DNA of 61,381 nt, counting the filler, from Globobulimina sp. (taxonomy: Eukaryota): NCBI GenBank assembly GCA_003354225.1. It is 11 parts of 11 records of this genome, joined end to end, with 100 filler letters (N's around TTAATTAATTAA, not from the genome) between each part and the next. Parts side by side here need not be neighbours in the genome. Positions count along the whole stretch, not along the records: positions 1 to 5,500 come from PIVH01000540.1; positions 5,601 to 11,099 come from PIVH01000541.1; 9 more parts are not named here. The stretch is one strand, 5' to 3'. How positions within the stretch are numbered: the stretch's first letter is position 1; every line of letters begins with the position of its first letter. Position numbers and translations under genes: made by a program. Shown here piece after piece: positions 1 to 10,940 of this stretch. The notes under the pieces were generated by a model that ran no database searches, was not told the DNA's origin, and saw only the letters and a program-made list of their open reading frames with translations.

Positions 1-177
1 CTCGAAATTGTGTAAATCACCGTTGCATAGTGGACATTTTTTGTCTTGTTTGGAGGTTAGGAATAAATGCAACGGCTTTCGACTGACTGTCTTGCCGCAG
101 CATGGCACTGTTATTGGATCTTCAAATAGTTCCAGTGTTATAGGACAAGTTAAATCTTCAATGATCTTTTGTTCCAT
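1..177 (-). CDS. U-box/RING-type E3 ligase N-terminal domain, 3'-partial (not in ORF track)
   Basis: Manual translation from ATG at 177: MEQKIIEDLTCPITLELFEDPITVPCCGKTVSRKPLHLFLTSKQDKKCPLCNGDLHNFE. CPIT..LF.DP...PCCG...CPLC is the U-box/RING pattern. Runs off the contig start. Confidence 0.8.
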   Translation of the reverse strand, partial: MEQKIIEDLTCPITLELFEDPITVPCCGKTVSRKPLHLFLTSKQDKKCPLCNGDLHNFE

Positions 178-249
178 TGCTTTAATTTGTGTGTTTTCTT
201 TTGTTTTTTTTGTGAGGTGCAAAATGAAGAGGAAATGTATAGTTTTTAG

Positions 250-1437
250 ATGAGAAAATCATGGAAAAAGTTGTTAGCGTTTGTCTCAACCATTCATTAT
301 ATCATCACTATATTTATTGTTACGCAGCTGAACGGTGCCGATCTCATTGTTGGTTTGGCCGTAATCGGATGGTGTCTCGTCACATTATTAATTTTGTGCT
401 GTGTTGACCGGCGCACCGGATATTTAACAGCATCTATAATGTTATTAACGCCATTCATAACTCTAAAAAGCGGAGCAATTCAAGCATTTAAACATGTTTA
501 TGCATTCCAATTATATTTTATTGTATTAAACTCCAGCTTCCATTTGACACTTTTGACCTCATTTGCATGTTTATCACCTTTGTATGTGATATCATTTATG
601 GATTGTATTATATTTACAGTCATTGTACTGTTTCGAGTCGCAGCTAAATCGCACCAGCAACAAAGCAACTTATTAAGATTCAATGTAATGATTGAAAACT
701 GCTGCTATATTGAGTTATTGGTGTATGCGATATTAACATTACCGTTTTATAAATCATATTTGATTTGGAAATATATCCCCATTTATTATTACATTATTTT
801 AGAGTCAAACAACAATGTAAACACTATTTTGAATCGATTGTATGCTGAAATGCATATAATATCACATGGCAGTCTTGAGATGGATGAAAATACCAAACTA
901 TTTTCAAATTGTCATCATATGCATCAAAACGACACTATTCAATGTTGGAAATTGCAGTATCATTTCATATGCATGGACCAAACAGAAAAAAATCAATATA
1001 TTCATAGTTTAGCCAACAAAGATGAGATTTTAACGCAACTCATCACTGCATTGTACGCTGTATGTTCAGCACTGTCTTATTTGTTTCCAATCATTGCGAC
1101 TCTGTTTAAATACATGTATTGCCATTCGAATGCATTGCGAATTGAGGCGAATGTGTATTTATTTTCTGTTAATTGTATATTGATGCTGTTGTATTGCGTA
1201 TTTTTAATTGGATGGCTTGTTTGCATCATATCAAACAATGGCTATATTTATTGGGCCATTAAATACGAATTAAAGATAAGGAGAAACTATGCCAATAATG
1301 TGGCTCAAATAGATCTAGAAATGTTTTGTTGCCAAATGCAAATAATCCAACTGATAATGGATTATTTCGGCGTGGACATTGGTGTCATTATTATTCAATA
1401 CTATAAAGCCGAACCATCCACTTTTATTGAGCCGTAA
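250..1437 (+). CDS. Multi-pass membrane protein of unknown function with a C-terminal 'DIGVIIIQYY' helix motif
   Basis: 395-aa ORF with several hydrophobic segments; C-terminus QIIQLIMDYFGVDIGVIIIQYY. Confidence 0.6.
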   Translation: MRKSWKKLLAFVSTIHYIITIFIVTQLNGADLIVGLAVIGWCLVTLLILCCVDRRTGYLTASIMLLTPFITLKSGAIQAFKHVYAFQLYFIVLNSSFHLTLLTSFACLSPLYVISFMDCIIFTVIVLFRVAAKSHQQQSNLLRFNVMIENCCYIELLVYAILTLPFYKSYLIWKYIPIYYYIILESNNNVNTILNRLYAEMHIISHGSLEMDENTKLFSNCHHMHQNDTIQCWKLQYHFICMDQTEKNQYIHSLANKDEILTQLITALYAVCSALSYLFPIIATLFKYMYCHSNALRIEANVYLFSVNCILMLLYCVFLIGWLVCIISNNGYIYWAIKYELKIRRNYANNVAQIDLEMFCCQMQIIQLIMDYFGVDIGVIIIQYYKAEPSTFIEP

Positions 1438-1669
1438 TATAACGTAATGACCGTGCATAGTCTGAGAGCAACCGCTTGGATGGAAAAGGCCGCTTTGTTC
1501 AATGCGAAGAATGGATCAAATTATATATATCAAAAATAAACTGATTTATGTCTACTTTGTCTTATTATTCTTATATGTATATTTTTATATTGTTCATCGA
1601 TATTTATTGTGACTTGCATTTAATTCAATTGTCAGATTATGTACACATTTGTTGGCTGGCTGTATGGCT

Positions 1670-2969
1670 AATTAATTAATTAAAAAGTTTAACTTTAGTT
1701 TTATCACCCCCTCAGAATTCTTGAGCACCATCTCCCAGACTACAAAGCGATGAACACCTACGAGGTTGAGGATCTGGCGGACTACATCAACAAAGATATG
1801 ATAACTCAATATCGAGAGCTTTTCTACTATTTTAACCAGAAACTCAACCATTGCTCCCTGTGTGGCAATGATGTTCCCTCTCCCATTGAAGTTCATCTCT
1901 GTATCCATTGCCCAGTCCTAGATACCTATCGTTACACCTATTGGAACCATGCAAAAGCAGCATTGGCCAAAATAGGTTCCAAAATCAATACATTCCACAA
2001 TCAAATTTATATGCAAATAATCATTGAGTTCTGCACAGATGTCCGCACCAATCGTGATACCCTTTGGCAAATAATCTGTGGTGTCAACTGCTTTGATGAA
2101 GACAACATAGCGTTCACATACAAACACATCAGCATTGATATATCACACACAAGAAATACTTACTATAAATGCATCCTCTCCCATTCGCACCGCTTCCTAA
2201 ACACTGTATATAGAATCCATAACAGAGAAATCTCCCTAAGATACTGCATAAACCAACATAGCGTCGTGCCAGATCACTTAATCATGCACCACACTAGAAA
2301 TGACACCATAAATGACTGGCATAACTACATCCATCGACTTAGACACACTGATATCATATTAGCAACAGATTCTTCGAGTGCCAATAATCGCACCGGCTTA
2401 GGCATAATGCTGAAAGACAATAACAAAATCCACTGCTTCTCCCAGCCCATAGGGTCACAAACCAATCACTTTGGTGAGCTTCTTGCAATCGGCAAAACCA
2501 AATTCTTCATCAATTTCTGCAATGTCGACACAAACAACCGCCGCCTGATCCTATTCACTGATTCCATGACAAACTTCATATCCCTCATCACCACACCAAA
2601 GAATGTCAAAATTAAAATATGCCAATCTGTTCCGCCAAACACAACAACACATCCGCGACATGAAAATAATCCTTTGGAAAGTAAAATCGCATACCAAACC
2701 CAAAGAACAAGTCTTTAATGGAATAGCTGACAAACTAGCCTATATAGGCAGAACACACCCCAATAATAGCAATCTCATCATCCCGTCTATGACCAATATA
2801 ATATATGCTAAATATAAACTCTTCACGCTTTCACCCGAACCGAGTTTCGGGTTTATACAAACCCTCACAGGGTTGTTTCAGCAATCTGTGAGTCTGGAAT
2901 CAGACCTACGGCCTGATTGAATTTTGTACCACTACTACTTTGTTTTTTTCCAATTAATTAATTAAAAAG
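1670..2969 (+). repeat. 18-bp direct repeat AATTAATTAATTAAAAAG (1670-1687 and 2952-2969), probable target-site duplication
   Basis: Exact match read from the sequence on both sides of the retroelement. Confidence 0.75.
1688..2951 (+). mobile_element. 5'-truncated non-LTR retrotransposon (L1-like 3' region: zf-RVT Cys/His knuckle + RNase H), frameshifted
   Basis: Frame open from 1699. Motifs: CSLC..E.HL..HCP; RNase H ATDSS, TNHFGEL, FTDS, WKVKSH, FNGIADKLA (split by a frameshift near 2605-2615 between ORFs 1750..2718 and 2603..2920). Short CTA-repeat tail at 2930-2939. Flanked by an 18-bp direct repeat. Homologous to 54657-55798. Confidence 0.85.
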
Positions 2970-3672
2970 CAAATTATTATCCAAGCTTATGTTGTTAAAT
3001 TAACCAATGTTTCTATCCAATCACATCATTCATAGCGGCATTAATTGTCATCGATGTCATTAACATTCAGGTGAATATTTTGAAACCGCTGGAACTGGAA
3101 CAAGCAAAGGTGTAGGCAGGAGAAGACAGTGAACGAGGCAGTGCTTGGTGCAATTGTTCGTGTTTGAGAGAAGGAGAAGTTGGTGTAGTTGGTCCTGACA
3201 ACATGTAAACACAGGTGAACTTGCAGAATATGTGTTTTGAATTTGATTGCAATTGTGTCTTGATGTCATTGCAGGCAACCGACGGAAATGTGGAGAATTC
3301 AAGCTTTCTTAAAATAGGAAAAAGTCAGCTGTGATAAAAACGCCGCGCGAAATATTTGTCGTCAATTGTAAATTGGCTGTATCTGTCCCACTTTTTTTCA
3401 GATCGAAAATCTTCATGACCCAATAATGCAAGCAAATGATCTCAGTTTACTGTTCTGACTGTCTAAATTCTCAGTGCTAGTATCAAAGAGCTTATAATGT
3501 CAAATGAACTATCAGCTGCATGATGCAATGTTTTTGCAATCATGACCTTACAGTCAGCATTTTGAATGTCAAATATAATGTGGTTGCAAAGTTCTGCGAG
3601 CAAACATAAAACAGCCAGATAAAGGTACTAAAGTAAAGTTAGACACACGCTTTTTTCAACTTCAAATCTAAA

Positions 3673-4240
3673 GTGATGGCCAGATATTTGACAGAGTATA
3701 CATATGAACAAGACGAAAATGATATTATAGGTAAACCAGAGGTGCTCAAAACATTTCCTAACGCAAATTATGAAGATTCTCTTGTATTGATGCATGCATT
3801 TGTTAATTTAACAAATAATCCTTATCCTTTTTGGGAAGATGGGTTCAATATACCAAGAGATCCCCATTATGTTCTTGAAATTACAGATTTATCAAAAGTT
3901 TACATTCATTCCTCAATATGATCCAGATAATGAAGGAAATACGTTTGAAGGTAATGATATTGCACTCATTATTTAGATGATCAAACTATTGATTTTCCTA
4001 CAAAATTATTACCAACAATTTCTAAAGCTCAATTAAACGAAGATGAACCATGTTGTCGGAATAACGAAACATTTATTGCCATAGGATATGGGAATAGTGC
4101 AAATGTAGGATTAGCTACATCAACACTTCACAAAACAGAATTGAATTTTGTTGATTTATTTGATTGCGCTGGAATATTCGCTGAACCATTTTTAGAACAT
4201 ATTTTACAGAATATTAGCACACAATACAATATCGACTGAT
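3673..4240 (+). pseudogene. Trypsin-like (S1) serine protease fragment, frameshifted
   Basis: Joining frames at about 3910 and 3970 gives KVYIH/PQYDPDNEGNTFEGNDIALI/LDDQ...FIAIGYGN...TLHKTELNFVDLFDC. No TAAHC or GDSGG motif visible. Confidence 0.65.
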
Positions 4241-4494
4241 GTAACCAATAGATCACATTATCATTGGATGATTTTTGCATGTAGGATTGCAATGTAGCAA
4301 ATCACATTCATAGTTTGCAGCTGATCTAAATTTAACAATTCGAGTATCGACCGGAATTTAACCATTCATAATTGGACAAAAATACATAATTAGATAAAAA
4401 TAAAAACAGTGGTTTTAAACTTGTCACCAAATCACAAAAATTGTAAAAAAAAAAGGAAAAAGGAAACAAATTCAAAGTTAGTGTGAAAAAAAAG

Positions 4495-5340
4495 ATGAAT
4501 GTAAATGTCGGATATGCTCAGATGTATAGCGGTCACGAATCAGATAACAAATGGAAAACTGTATGCATTTATCTCGTCAAATTGCACCTTTTCATATTAC
4601 ATATCATCACAGTAAATGCTATAATAAATGCAAACTGGTCACCATCACATTTAGTAACATTTTGGAAAGTATTTCAAATCATTTTGTTGACACTACTATC
4701 AACAATGAGTGGTGTATTCATACATAGGATATTAATTCATCATCCAAACTATATTGTGAATAGTTTATTTAAACACACAATTATGGCATGGGGAAATATT
4801 GTTTATGTTCCTGGTGTTCATGTGATGTTAACATCGCATGATATTGCAGTGATATTACAGAAAAATGGAAAAACGCTGTGCACTCATGAAAATAATAATA
4901 TGTTTTCCAGTAATTTTTTGAGGTTTACAAATGATGAGTGGTGTAAATTTAAAAATGTTTTCAACAAATACGTTCAATTGATATTGTATGTAATGATATT
5001 AAAGTTTATGAATCAGCATGATTTCTTGATATTGACCACTGTTTATTGGCCATTATTTCATCAATATTACCTGTGGGTTGCCAGTAAATTAATTCATGGT
5101 TCTTTGAAATTTATACCAAGCAATTGGATGTATCAAAATTACACAACGACTGTGTATGAAAGAAAGGGATTCAACATTTCTTCAAAAATTGGTCAAATAA
5201 TATCATTAGGAGAGTTGTTACATAATAATCATCACCATAATCCAGAAGCACTTAATCAGGCTGGTGCCAACGAAATTGATTTAGGATACTATTTAATTTT
5301 GGCTTTACACAAGCTTAATATTATTAACATAAATATGTAA
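4495..5340 (+). CDS. Membrane fatty-acid desaturase-like protein (Delta9-type His boxes)
   Basis: HRILIHH box 1, GELLHNNHHHNP box 3, C-terminal EIDLGY..I.AL; hydrophobic segments. Box 2 is degenerate. Confidence 0.75.
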   Translation: MNVNVGYAQMYSGHESDNKWKTVCIYLVKLHLFILHIITVNAIINANWSPSHLVTFWKVFQIILLTLLSTMSGVFIHRILIHHPNYIVNSLFKHTIMAWGNIVYVPGVHVMLTSHDIAVILQKNGKTLCTHENNNMFSSNFLRFTNDEWCKFKNVFNKYVQLILYVMILKFMNQHDFLILTTVYWPLFHQYYLWVASKLIHGSLKFIPSNWMYQNYTTTVYERKGFNISSKIGQIISLGELLHNNHHHNPEALNQAGANEIDLGYYLILALHKLNIININM

Positions 5341-5500
5341 ATGTGTTTTATATTATTTTAATATCGTCGTTATTTTGACAAATATTTGAATTTGCATTCC
5401 TTAACATTTTAATAATAATCAAATGCCGCTTAACAATGGCAATGGTTAATGCTATCTGTCCATTACAATCAGTTCCATTCACATTCGCGCCGAGTGACAA

Positions 5501-5600
5501 NNNNNNNNNNNNNNNNNNNNNNNNNNNNNNNNNNNNNNNNNNNNTTAATTAATTAANNNNNNNNNNNNNNNNNNNNNNNNNNNNNNNNNNNNNNNNNNNN
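5501..5600. other. Artificial contig spacer N44-TTAATTAATTAA-N44; also at 11100-11199, 16695-16794, 22287-22386, 27875-27974, 33462-33561, 39048-39147, 44633-44732, 50216-50315, 55799-55898
   Basis: Identical 100-nt spacers. Contig lengths fall from 5500 to 5483, i.e. length-sorted concatenation. Confidence 0.98.
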
Positions 5601-5719
5601 ACTCTGATAATATATGCAAAAAGTCCAATGTGTATCATATATCGATATCCCACATTGTTCATAAACCAGCCTGAAATGTACAATAATATCATTTCTGACG
5701 GTATTGATGCGCCAACAGC
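5601..5719 (+). repeat. 119-bp terminal direct repeat of contig 2 (identical copy at 10981-11099)
   Basis: actctgataatatatgca...gcgccaacagc at both contig ends. Confidence 0.95.
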
Positions 5720-6674
5720 TAATCCTAAATAAGTATAAGTGACTTGATGTCCATCTGATTTACTGTCCATTTCCTCAATATACACATACAACAAAGATTC
5801 AATGCAACTGAGCAGTCCGCCCCAAGTGCATACAACCACAAATATGCCAATGTGCGTTCTACTTTTGACGATAAATTGGAACGTTTCCAATGCCGATACT
5901 TTATTGCTGACATCTGTCACTGTTTGCTTTTCAATCAAACATTTTTAGCAATTTGCAGATCAAACAAAGTATAAATACAATCTGAGGGCAGATTGCTAGT
6001 ACCTTGGCGTCCGAGTCATTATCATTGTCGATTTCAGTGTCCTTTTGAGTTTGTGCTGCATTCACATCCATTAGTTCGACATGCATTAATTCATTGCTTT
6101 TCTGAGCTTGTTTCAGACCATGCAATGAAATGTACGTTACAAGGCATGACGGCATGGTCAATATAAAAAACAGCACCACAATGTATTGTATTTGGAGACC
6201 AAAATCCAAAGAAATCCCGAGTATTATATGTGCGACAGCCCAACCAACAGAAGCAGCCGCTCTTTGTTTGCCATATTCATCAGATTTATCTCCGAGTTTT
6301 AAAATGCATAATGTATCCATTAAAGGAGCATGTACTTGGTTTGGAAAATTATATATTATGGTCAAAACCCCTAACATTGGAAAGAGTGCGCCGGGGTTAT
6401 TTATGCCGAATATGTAATGAGGTAACAGCAACAACAGAGAGAATGTGCCAGATAATATTAATACTATTTGAAGTATCATATATCTGTTATTCAGATAATC
6501 AGCTAAAAAAGACCAGAATGGGGATGATATGAATTGCATAATGCAACAAGCTCCTGTAATAAATCCAATTTGATAGGCCGAGAGGTTTTGATCCAACAGG
6601 AAAATAGCAAAAAATCGACCAAACATTGTGTCGCGTAATGCCATAACAAAATACATCAGTTTCAAATCCCACAT
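5601..6674 (-). CDS. MFS transporter (MFS_1_like/MFSD6-type); exon 6674-6003, intron 6002-5927, exon 5926-contig edge; continues at the other end of the contig (11099 to about 10895)
   Basis: SPFWSFLADY, DEYGKQRAAASVGW, EPLHG motifs; phase-0 GT-AG intron joins ORFs 5931..6674 and 5549..5938. Confidence 0.85.
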
Positions 6675-6760
6675 AGTTCTTAGTGATGTTTACTGTGCTT
6701 AGTTCTTAGTGAAAAAAAACATTTTAAATTAATCGATATCTGAAATAAAGCATCATACAA

Positions 6761-7741
6761 TTACACAATGTCCAATGTACTAATTTTATAATGTTTCTTG
6801 TTGTGAGTATCCAATAAAAAGACACACTCAATCAAATAAAATGAGTGTATCAAACTTAATAAATAATGTGGAGGGAAATAATGGTCCTCAATCTCACACA
6901 TTTTCCATTGCTTTCGAACAAATCCAAATACTGTTTTTTTATCTGCCATCTCATCGTTGACTGTAATTCCGACAAATATACTTTTTGCGGGGCATTGTAT
7001 TTTAGATTTTTTTAACGTTTTTTCTTTTATTGAATAAATATAAATATCATCAAAATAACACCAATTCCCATAACCACCAAACATTAATACATATTTGTTA
7101 CGAACAGCCATCGTACAATGAACGCGCCACATTTCGTTTGGTAATGACACTTTTAATTTATTCCATTTTTTCTGTTTCATATCAAATTCCAACATGTCAG
7201 CTACGTATTGCATTGTATTATAATTATAACCACCAATTAATAACAAACAGTTAGTTGTATTATTATAAACCATCCCAAATCCAGCCAATTCTGCTGCGTT
7301 ATACATGGTACTCACTGTTGTGAATGTTTTGTTTCCTGGATTCCATTTTAAAATTGCGTTATTCTGACAACCTCCAACAACAACCAATGAATTGTCTAAA
7401 ATAAGCATCATTTTTGAGTCAATAGTTATTGGAAACACATCTCTACTGATTTTACCACCATATGCATTTAGTTGTATTTGTATCAAACTATTAGCACCCA
7501 ATATATATAGGATGTGGCTATTTGCATCGAATGCTACACCGTCACACGGATGAATATTATTTTCAAAATCAATGGCTAGATCTATTTTGGTCCACTGATT
7601 GGTATCAATATGGTATTTATGCAAATCACGTCCAATCACAATATAATTATCTTTATTTATTCCACATGGCACACGAAACAATGGACAGCCGGTTGGATAT
7701 GGCAGACAAGTCCACGCTGCTAAGGATTCAATTGTAGACAT
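6761..7741 (-). CDS. Kelch-repeat beta-propeller protein with C-terminal helical module
   Basis: LVVVGG, LLLIGGY, VLMFGGY..FDDIYIY repeats with downstream Trp; C-terminal TVFGFVR...FPPHYLLSLIHSFY. Confidence 0.85.
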   Translation of the reverse strand: MSTIESLAAWTCLPYPTGCPLFRVPCGINKDNYIVIGRDLHKYHIDTNQWTKIDLAIDFENNIHPCDGVAFDANSHILYILGANSLIQIQLNAYGGKISRDVFPITIDSKMMLILDNSLVVVGGCQNNAILKWNPGNKTFTTVSTMYNAAELAGFGMVYNNTTNCLLLIGGYNYNTMQYVADMLEFDMKQKKWNKLKVSLPNEMWRVHCTMAVRNKYVLMFGGYGNWCYFDDIYIYSIKEKTLKKSKIQCPAKSIFVGITVNDEMADKKTVFGFVRKQWKMCEIEDHYFPPHYLLSLIHSFYLIECVFLLDTHNKKHYKISTLDIV

Positions 7742-7764
7742 GGTTTAAGTGAAAACATTAAATG

Positions 7765-8802
7765 TTATCTCCAGTCACCAACAACATATGAATTGTTGTA
7801 ATTGTAATCATCATATTCTTGTTTATTATCAACTGCTTTCCCCATTGATATATTTGGTTTTTGTGCATCATATTCGAATCCAAACACATTAGTCACAATA
7901 TTAAATGCTTCAACTCTTCCAACATTAACTCCTGCTTCGATTGTCATCAAATTCATACTTTTTACATATTGGATAATATTATACAATAGCAAGCATAATG
8001 AATCATAATCCTTTGCTGCCGCAAATTTAATTTTCATTCCATTTTTCGGTGCTTCTGCTAATTTACCAAAACAACATATCGCAAATGCAACCAATTTACC
8101 ATCCTTTCCACCAAATAAACCAACACAAGTTCCAATGTCATTAAACTTATAAAATGCTTCAATCTCAATGCTTAAATCTAAGCCATTATAAATTGTATCT
8201 GTCAATGTTTTACATTGATTCAAATATAATCCAAACTCCTCATCATCGCATTTATGAAAACAATCTTTAAATTTATAATCGTTTTTATATTGTTGAATAA
8301 TATCATGTTTTTTATTCATGTGATATCTCGCAATCCATGTTATATATTTTGGTAACATTCCAACTTTCATATAAAATCCAATATGATGAGTCTTAATCTG
8401 CGTAAATAAGACATCTCGCTTAATTTTATTATTTTTATCTGTTTTTTTTAGTGAATTGTTAATGTGATGGATTATCATTTTACCAATACCATTTTTTTGA
8501 TATTTGGTTAACACACAGATAGGACCCCATACTCTGATGGATCCCCAATGTGCGGCCATCCCAACACCAATTAATGTATTCTCATATTCTGCAACATATA
8601 TTTCATTCGCATGTTTCCTCGCATAAACAACCATTATTTCCAAAGATGCCGCATTTTTGGTGATTCCGTAAAATGCTATACGTGGAATCTCATTCGCTTC
8701 GTCGACTTCATTTTCCTTCATTTCGCGTATTATTACCTTGGATTCATCAATTTTTATAAACTCATCTTTTTTCTCTTCTTTCTCAGTCTGTGTTGAAGCC
8801 AT
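7765..8802 (-). CDS. GNAT-family N-acetyltransferase (two-domain)
   Basis: IIREM, IYVAEYENTLIG, GPICVLTKYQKNGIGKMI (motif A), FYMKVGM; C-terminal YVVGDWR. Confidence 0.85.
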   Translation of the reverse strand: MASTQTEKEEKKDEFIKIDESKVIIREMKENEVDEANEIPRIAFYGITKNAASLEIMVVYARKHANEIYVAEYENTLIGVGMAAHWGSIRVWGPICVLTKYQKNGIGKMIIHHINNSLKKTDKNNKIKRDVLFTQIKTHHIGFYMKVGMLPKYITWIARYHMNKKHDIIQQYKNDYKFKDCFHKCDDEEFGLYLNQCKTLTDTIYNGLDLSIEIEAFYKFNDIGTCVGLFGGKDGKLVAFAICCFGKLAEAPKNGMKIKFAAAKDYDSLCLLLYNIIQYVKSMNLMTIEAGVNVGRVEAFNIVTNVFGFEYDAQKPNISMGKAVDNKQEYDDYNYNNSYVVGDWR

Positions 8803-8856
8803 GTAAACAAATACTAAACAATCCTAACACTAAATCGCTACACTAACAATATTAAA

Positions 8857-10173
8857 ATGGGCGCTGTAGCCTCCAAGTCTTCCAACACAAACAATTTTGA
8901 AAAATTAAACGATTGGAATGCTGACTACGTGTCCATAAAAAACAGAAAATTACACAGAAAAAACAAGAGTTCGAGCAAATTGCCAATTGCTGTAATTTTA
9001 CAAAACAATGCGAACACGAATATAATTCCAAATCAGTTAAAATCAGCATTCCTAAAAGAAATCAATTCATTGGAATCCAAGAACTATAATTATAGATCGC
9101 AACAGTTTATATTTAATAATCCAATGGAATATTATACGCATCATCCAAGGAACTTTAATGACGACCACGACGAGAAAAATGTACATGACACAAAACCACT
9201 TATTCAGGATTTAATCGATCCGTTACTTCATCCAAATTTAACCATCAATTTATTCAACGAATATGTCGAAAATAAGTGGCCGGCGCAGCCAGATTCATTT
9301 GGCAGTGATTTCAAAATTAAATGGATTCCAGTCTTATTTGAATATGATACAAAAACAAATCAATATTTGATTAAATCAGAAATAAATGGTATTGCACGAT
9401 ATAAATATGAGGCATTATACAAAGTGATTGAAAATATATTTAATAGAACAATTCCAATGTTTGAATATATATTAAAGGTAAAAAATTTAGCTTCGACCTA
9501 TAACAAATTATATGCCATTGTTAAATGCCAGAAATATATATTTAAAGATGGTGGGATGGAATATGTTGGCCACTGGCATTGCGAAGGAAAATTTAGTTAT
9601 TCGACAAATATCATTGCAAACTGTTTATGGTATTTTGATAAATCCAATCTTTTCGTGAAGGATTCACTAAATATTTGTGCTAAAATTAAAGAACATGAAA
9701 AAAAAGGTCGCTGTGGAAATGTGAGATGGATTGAGGATGATATCATTGATGTCGATATATCCAAAGATATAATGGTTTGTTTTAATAATTTGGAGACCAT
9801 TCATCGACCAACAATAAAGGTTTCGACTGCATTGGATTTAGGCCAACAAACAAGAAAATTATTTGCGTTTTTTTTAATTGATCCGGATATCGATCCGGAG
9901 ATGAGATACATTGATATGGATGAGATGAGAGCAGTAAATTGGATGTATAAAACACATTTTATTGCAACATATTGGATGAGAGGCAGCAAAATCGAGATTA
10001 AATTCAATTTACCAACGCATATTGGCACTATTATTAATCATTATGTGTGTGGCGATGAACAATATTTAAAGGTTATTTCAAATGAGTATAGAAAAAAGAG
10101 TGAGTCGGCAAGATTTTTCAATACGCGGCCTTCAGAAAACAATAGATGGGCTATTTCGCATGGATCAGATTGA
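8857..10173 (+). CDS. DUF4246-like protein (putative 2OG-Fe(II)/DSBH oxygenase), possible N-myristoylation
   Basis: KWIP, SEINGI, LYKVIENIF..IPMFE, AIVK, GHWHCEG, FNN..H, RKLFAFFLIDP; starts MGAVAS. Confidence 0.7.
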   Translation: MGAVASKSSNTNNFEKLNDWNADYVSIKNRKLHRKNKSSSKLPIAVILQNNANTNIIPNQLKSAFLKEINSLESKNYNYRSQQFIFNNPMEYYTHHPRNFNDDHDEKNVHDTKPLIQDLIDPLLHPNLTINLFNEYVENKWPAQPDSFGSDFKIKWIPVLFEYDTKTNQYLIKSEINGIARYKYEALYKVIENIFNRTIPMFEYILKVKNLASTYNKLYAIVKCQKYIFKDGGMEYVGHWHCEGKFSYSTNIIANCLWYFDKSNLFVKDSLNICAKIKEHEKKGRCGNVRWIEDDIIDVDISKDIMVCFNNLETIHRPTIKVSTALDLGQQTRKLFAFFLIDPDIDPEMRYIDMDEMRAVNWMYKTHFIATYWMRGSKIEIKFNLPTHIGTIINHYVCGDEQYLKVISNEYRKKSESARFFNTRPSENNRWAISHGSD

Positions 10174-10373
10174 CCTGATCAGTGTTGTTAATATAAAATT
10201 AATTATTCCTTCAATATGAGTACATTTTCCCTGATAAGGGTTGTTTTCCATGACACTTTTCCTGGATTTTCTGAAATTGGATAGTCCCGAGAGAGAAAAA
10301 AAAAATCACGAGAGTTTTAAACTAAATTTTACTAAATAGAATTTAGTAGTGAAGTTTTTTATTTTTACTTTGG

Positions 10374-10940
10374 GTGTTGATCATGGTTTATTGGTCCGTG
10401 ACATTGGGATATTTTTCATTTCATTTAGTTTGCCTTATTATTGCATATTACCAAGGAAACAAATCATTAAAACGGCGATTAACTACCAAAACCATTCTAA
10501 CCCACCACGATAACAATCATATCAATGACGAACAAGCAAATCTCAATGATACTCTCAATGGACATGGCAGTCGATCATCACATACATTATCAGCTATTCT
10601 CAATAACGAGCCACAAGAAGAAGAAAAATATAGCACCAAGCCCCAACATAATAATAATTTTAAACTCTCAGCAATATTATTAGCAAAACAAAGCAACGAA
10701 AACAATATAGATTTTGAACTGTTTTCAGCCTTCGAAATGAATGAATCCGATAAACACAAATCGTCGCAAACCTACATCTCATGGCCATTACTAATATGCC
10801 TCTTATATAATATCTCCATATCCACCTCGATTGGCATCATTTTTAATTGGATTTATAGCATAAACTTGAACACAAATCTCCAACACCACCACTCCAATCA
10901 GTCCAAAAATAAAGCCATGCAAAGGTTCAGTAAACAATAA
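10374..10940 (+). CDS. Membrane protein N-terminal fragment, apparently truncated by a junction with antisense MFS sequence near 10890
   Basis: Two hydrophobic segments separated by an N/H-rich loop; last about 15 codons are antisense to the MFS exon. Confidence 0.45.
   Translation: MLIMVYWSVTLGYFSFHLVCLIIAYYQGNKSLKRRLTTKTILTHHDNNHINDEQANLNDTLNGHGSRSSHTLSAILNNEPQEEEKYSTKPQHNNNFKLSAILLAKQSNENNIDFELFSAFEMNESDKHKSSQTYISWPLLICLLYNISISTSIGIIFNWIYSINLNTNLQHHHSNQSKNKAMQRFSKQ

Noticed and set aside
2930-2938. CACTA (En/Spm) transposon terminus
   Set aside because: CACTACTA points outward at the 3' end of an RNase H ORF, with no matching inverted terminus or transposase. It fits a retroelement tail better.
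3060-3302. Short, relatively GC-richer ORFs downstream of the retroelement
   Set aside because: No recognisable motif in any frame, so no call can be supported.
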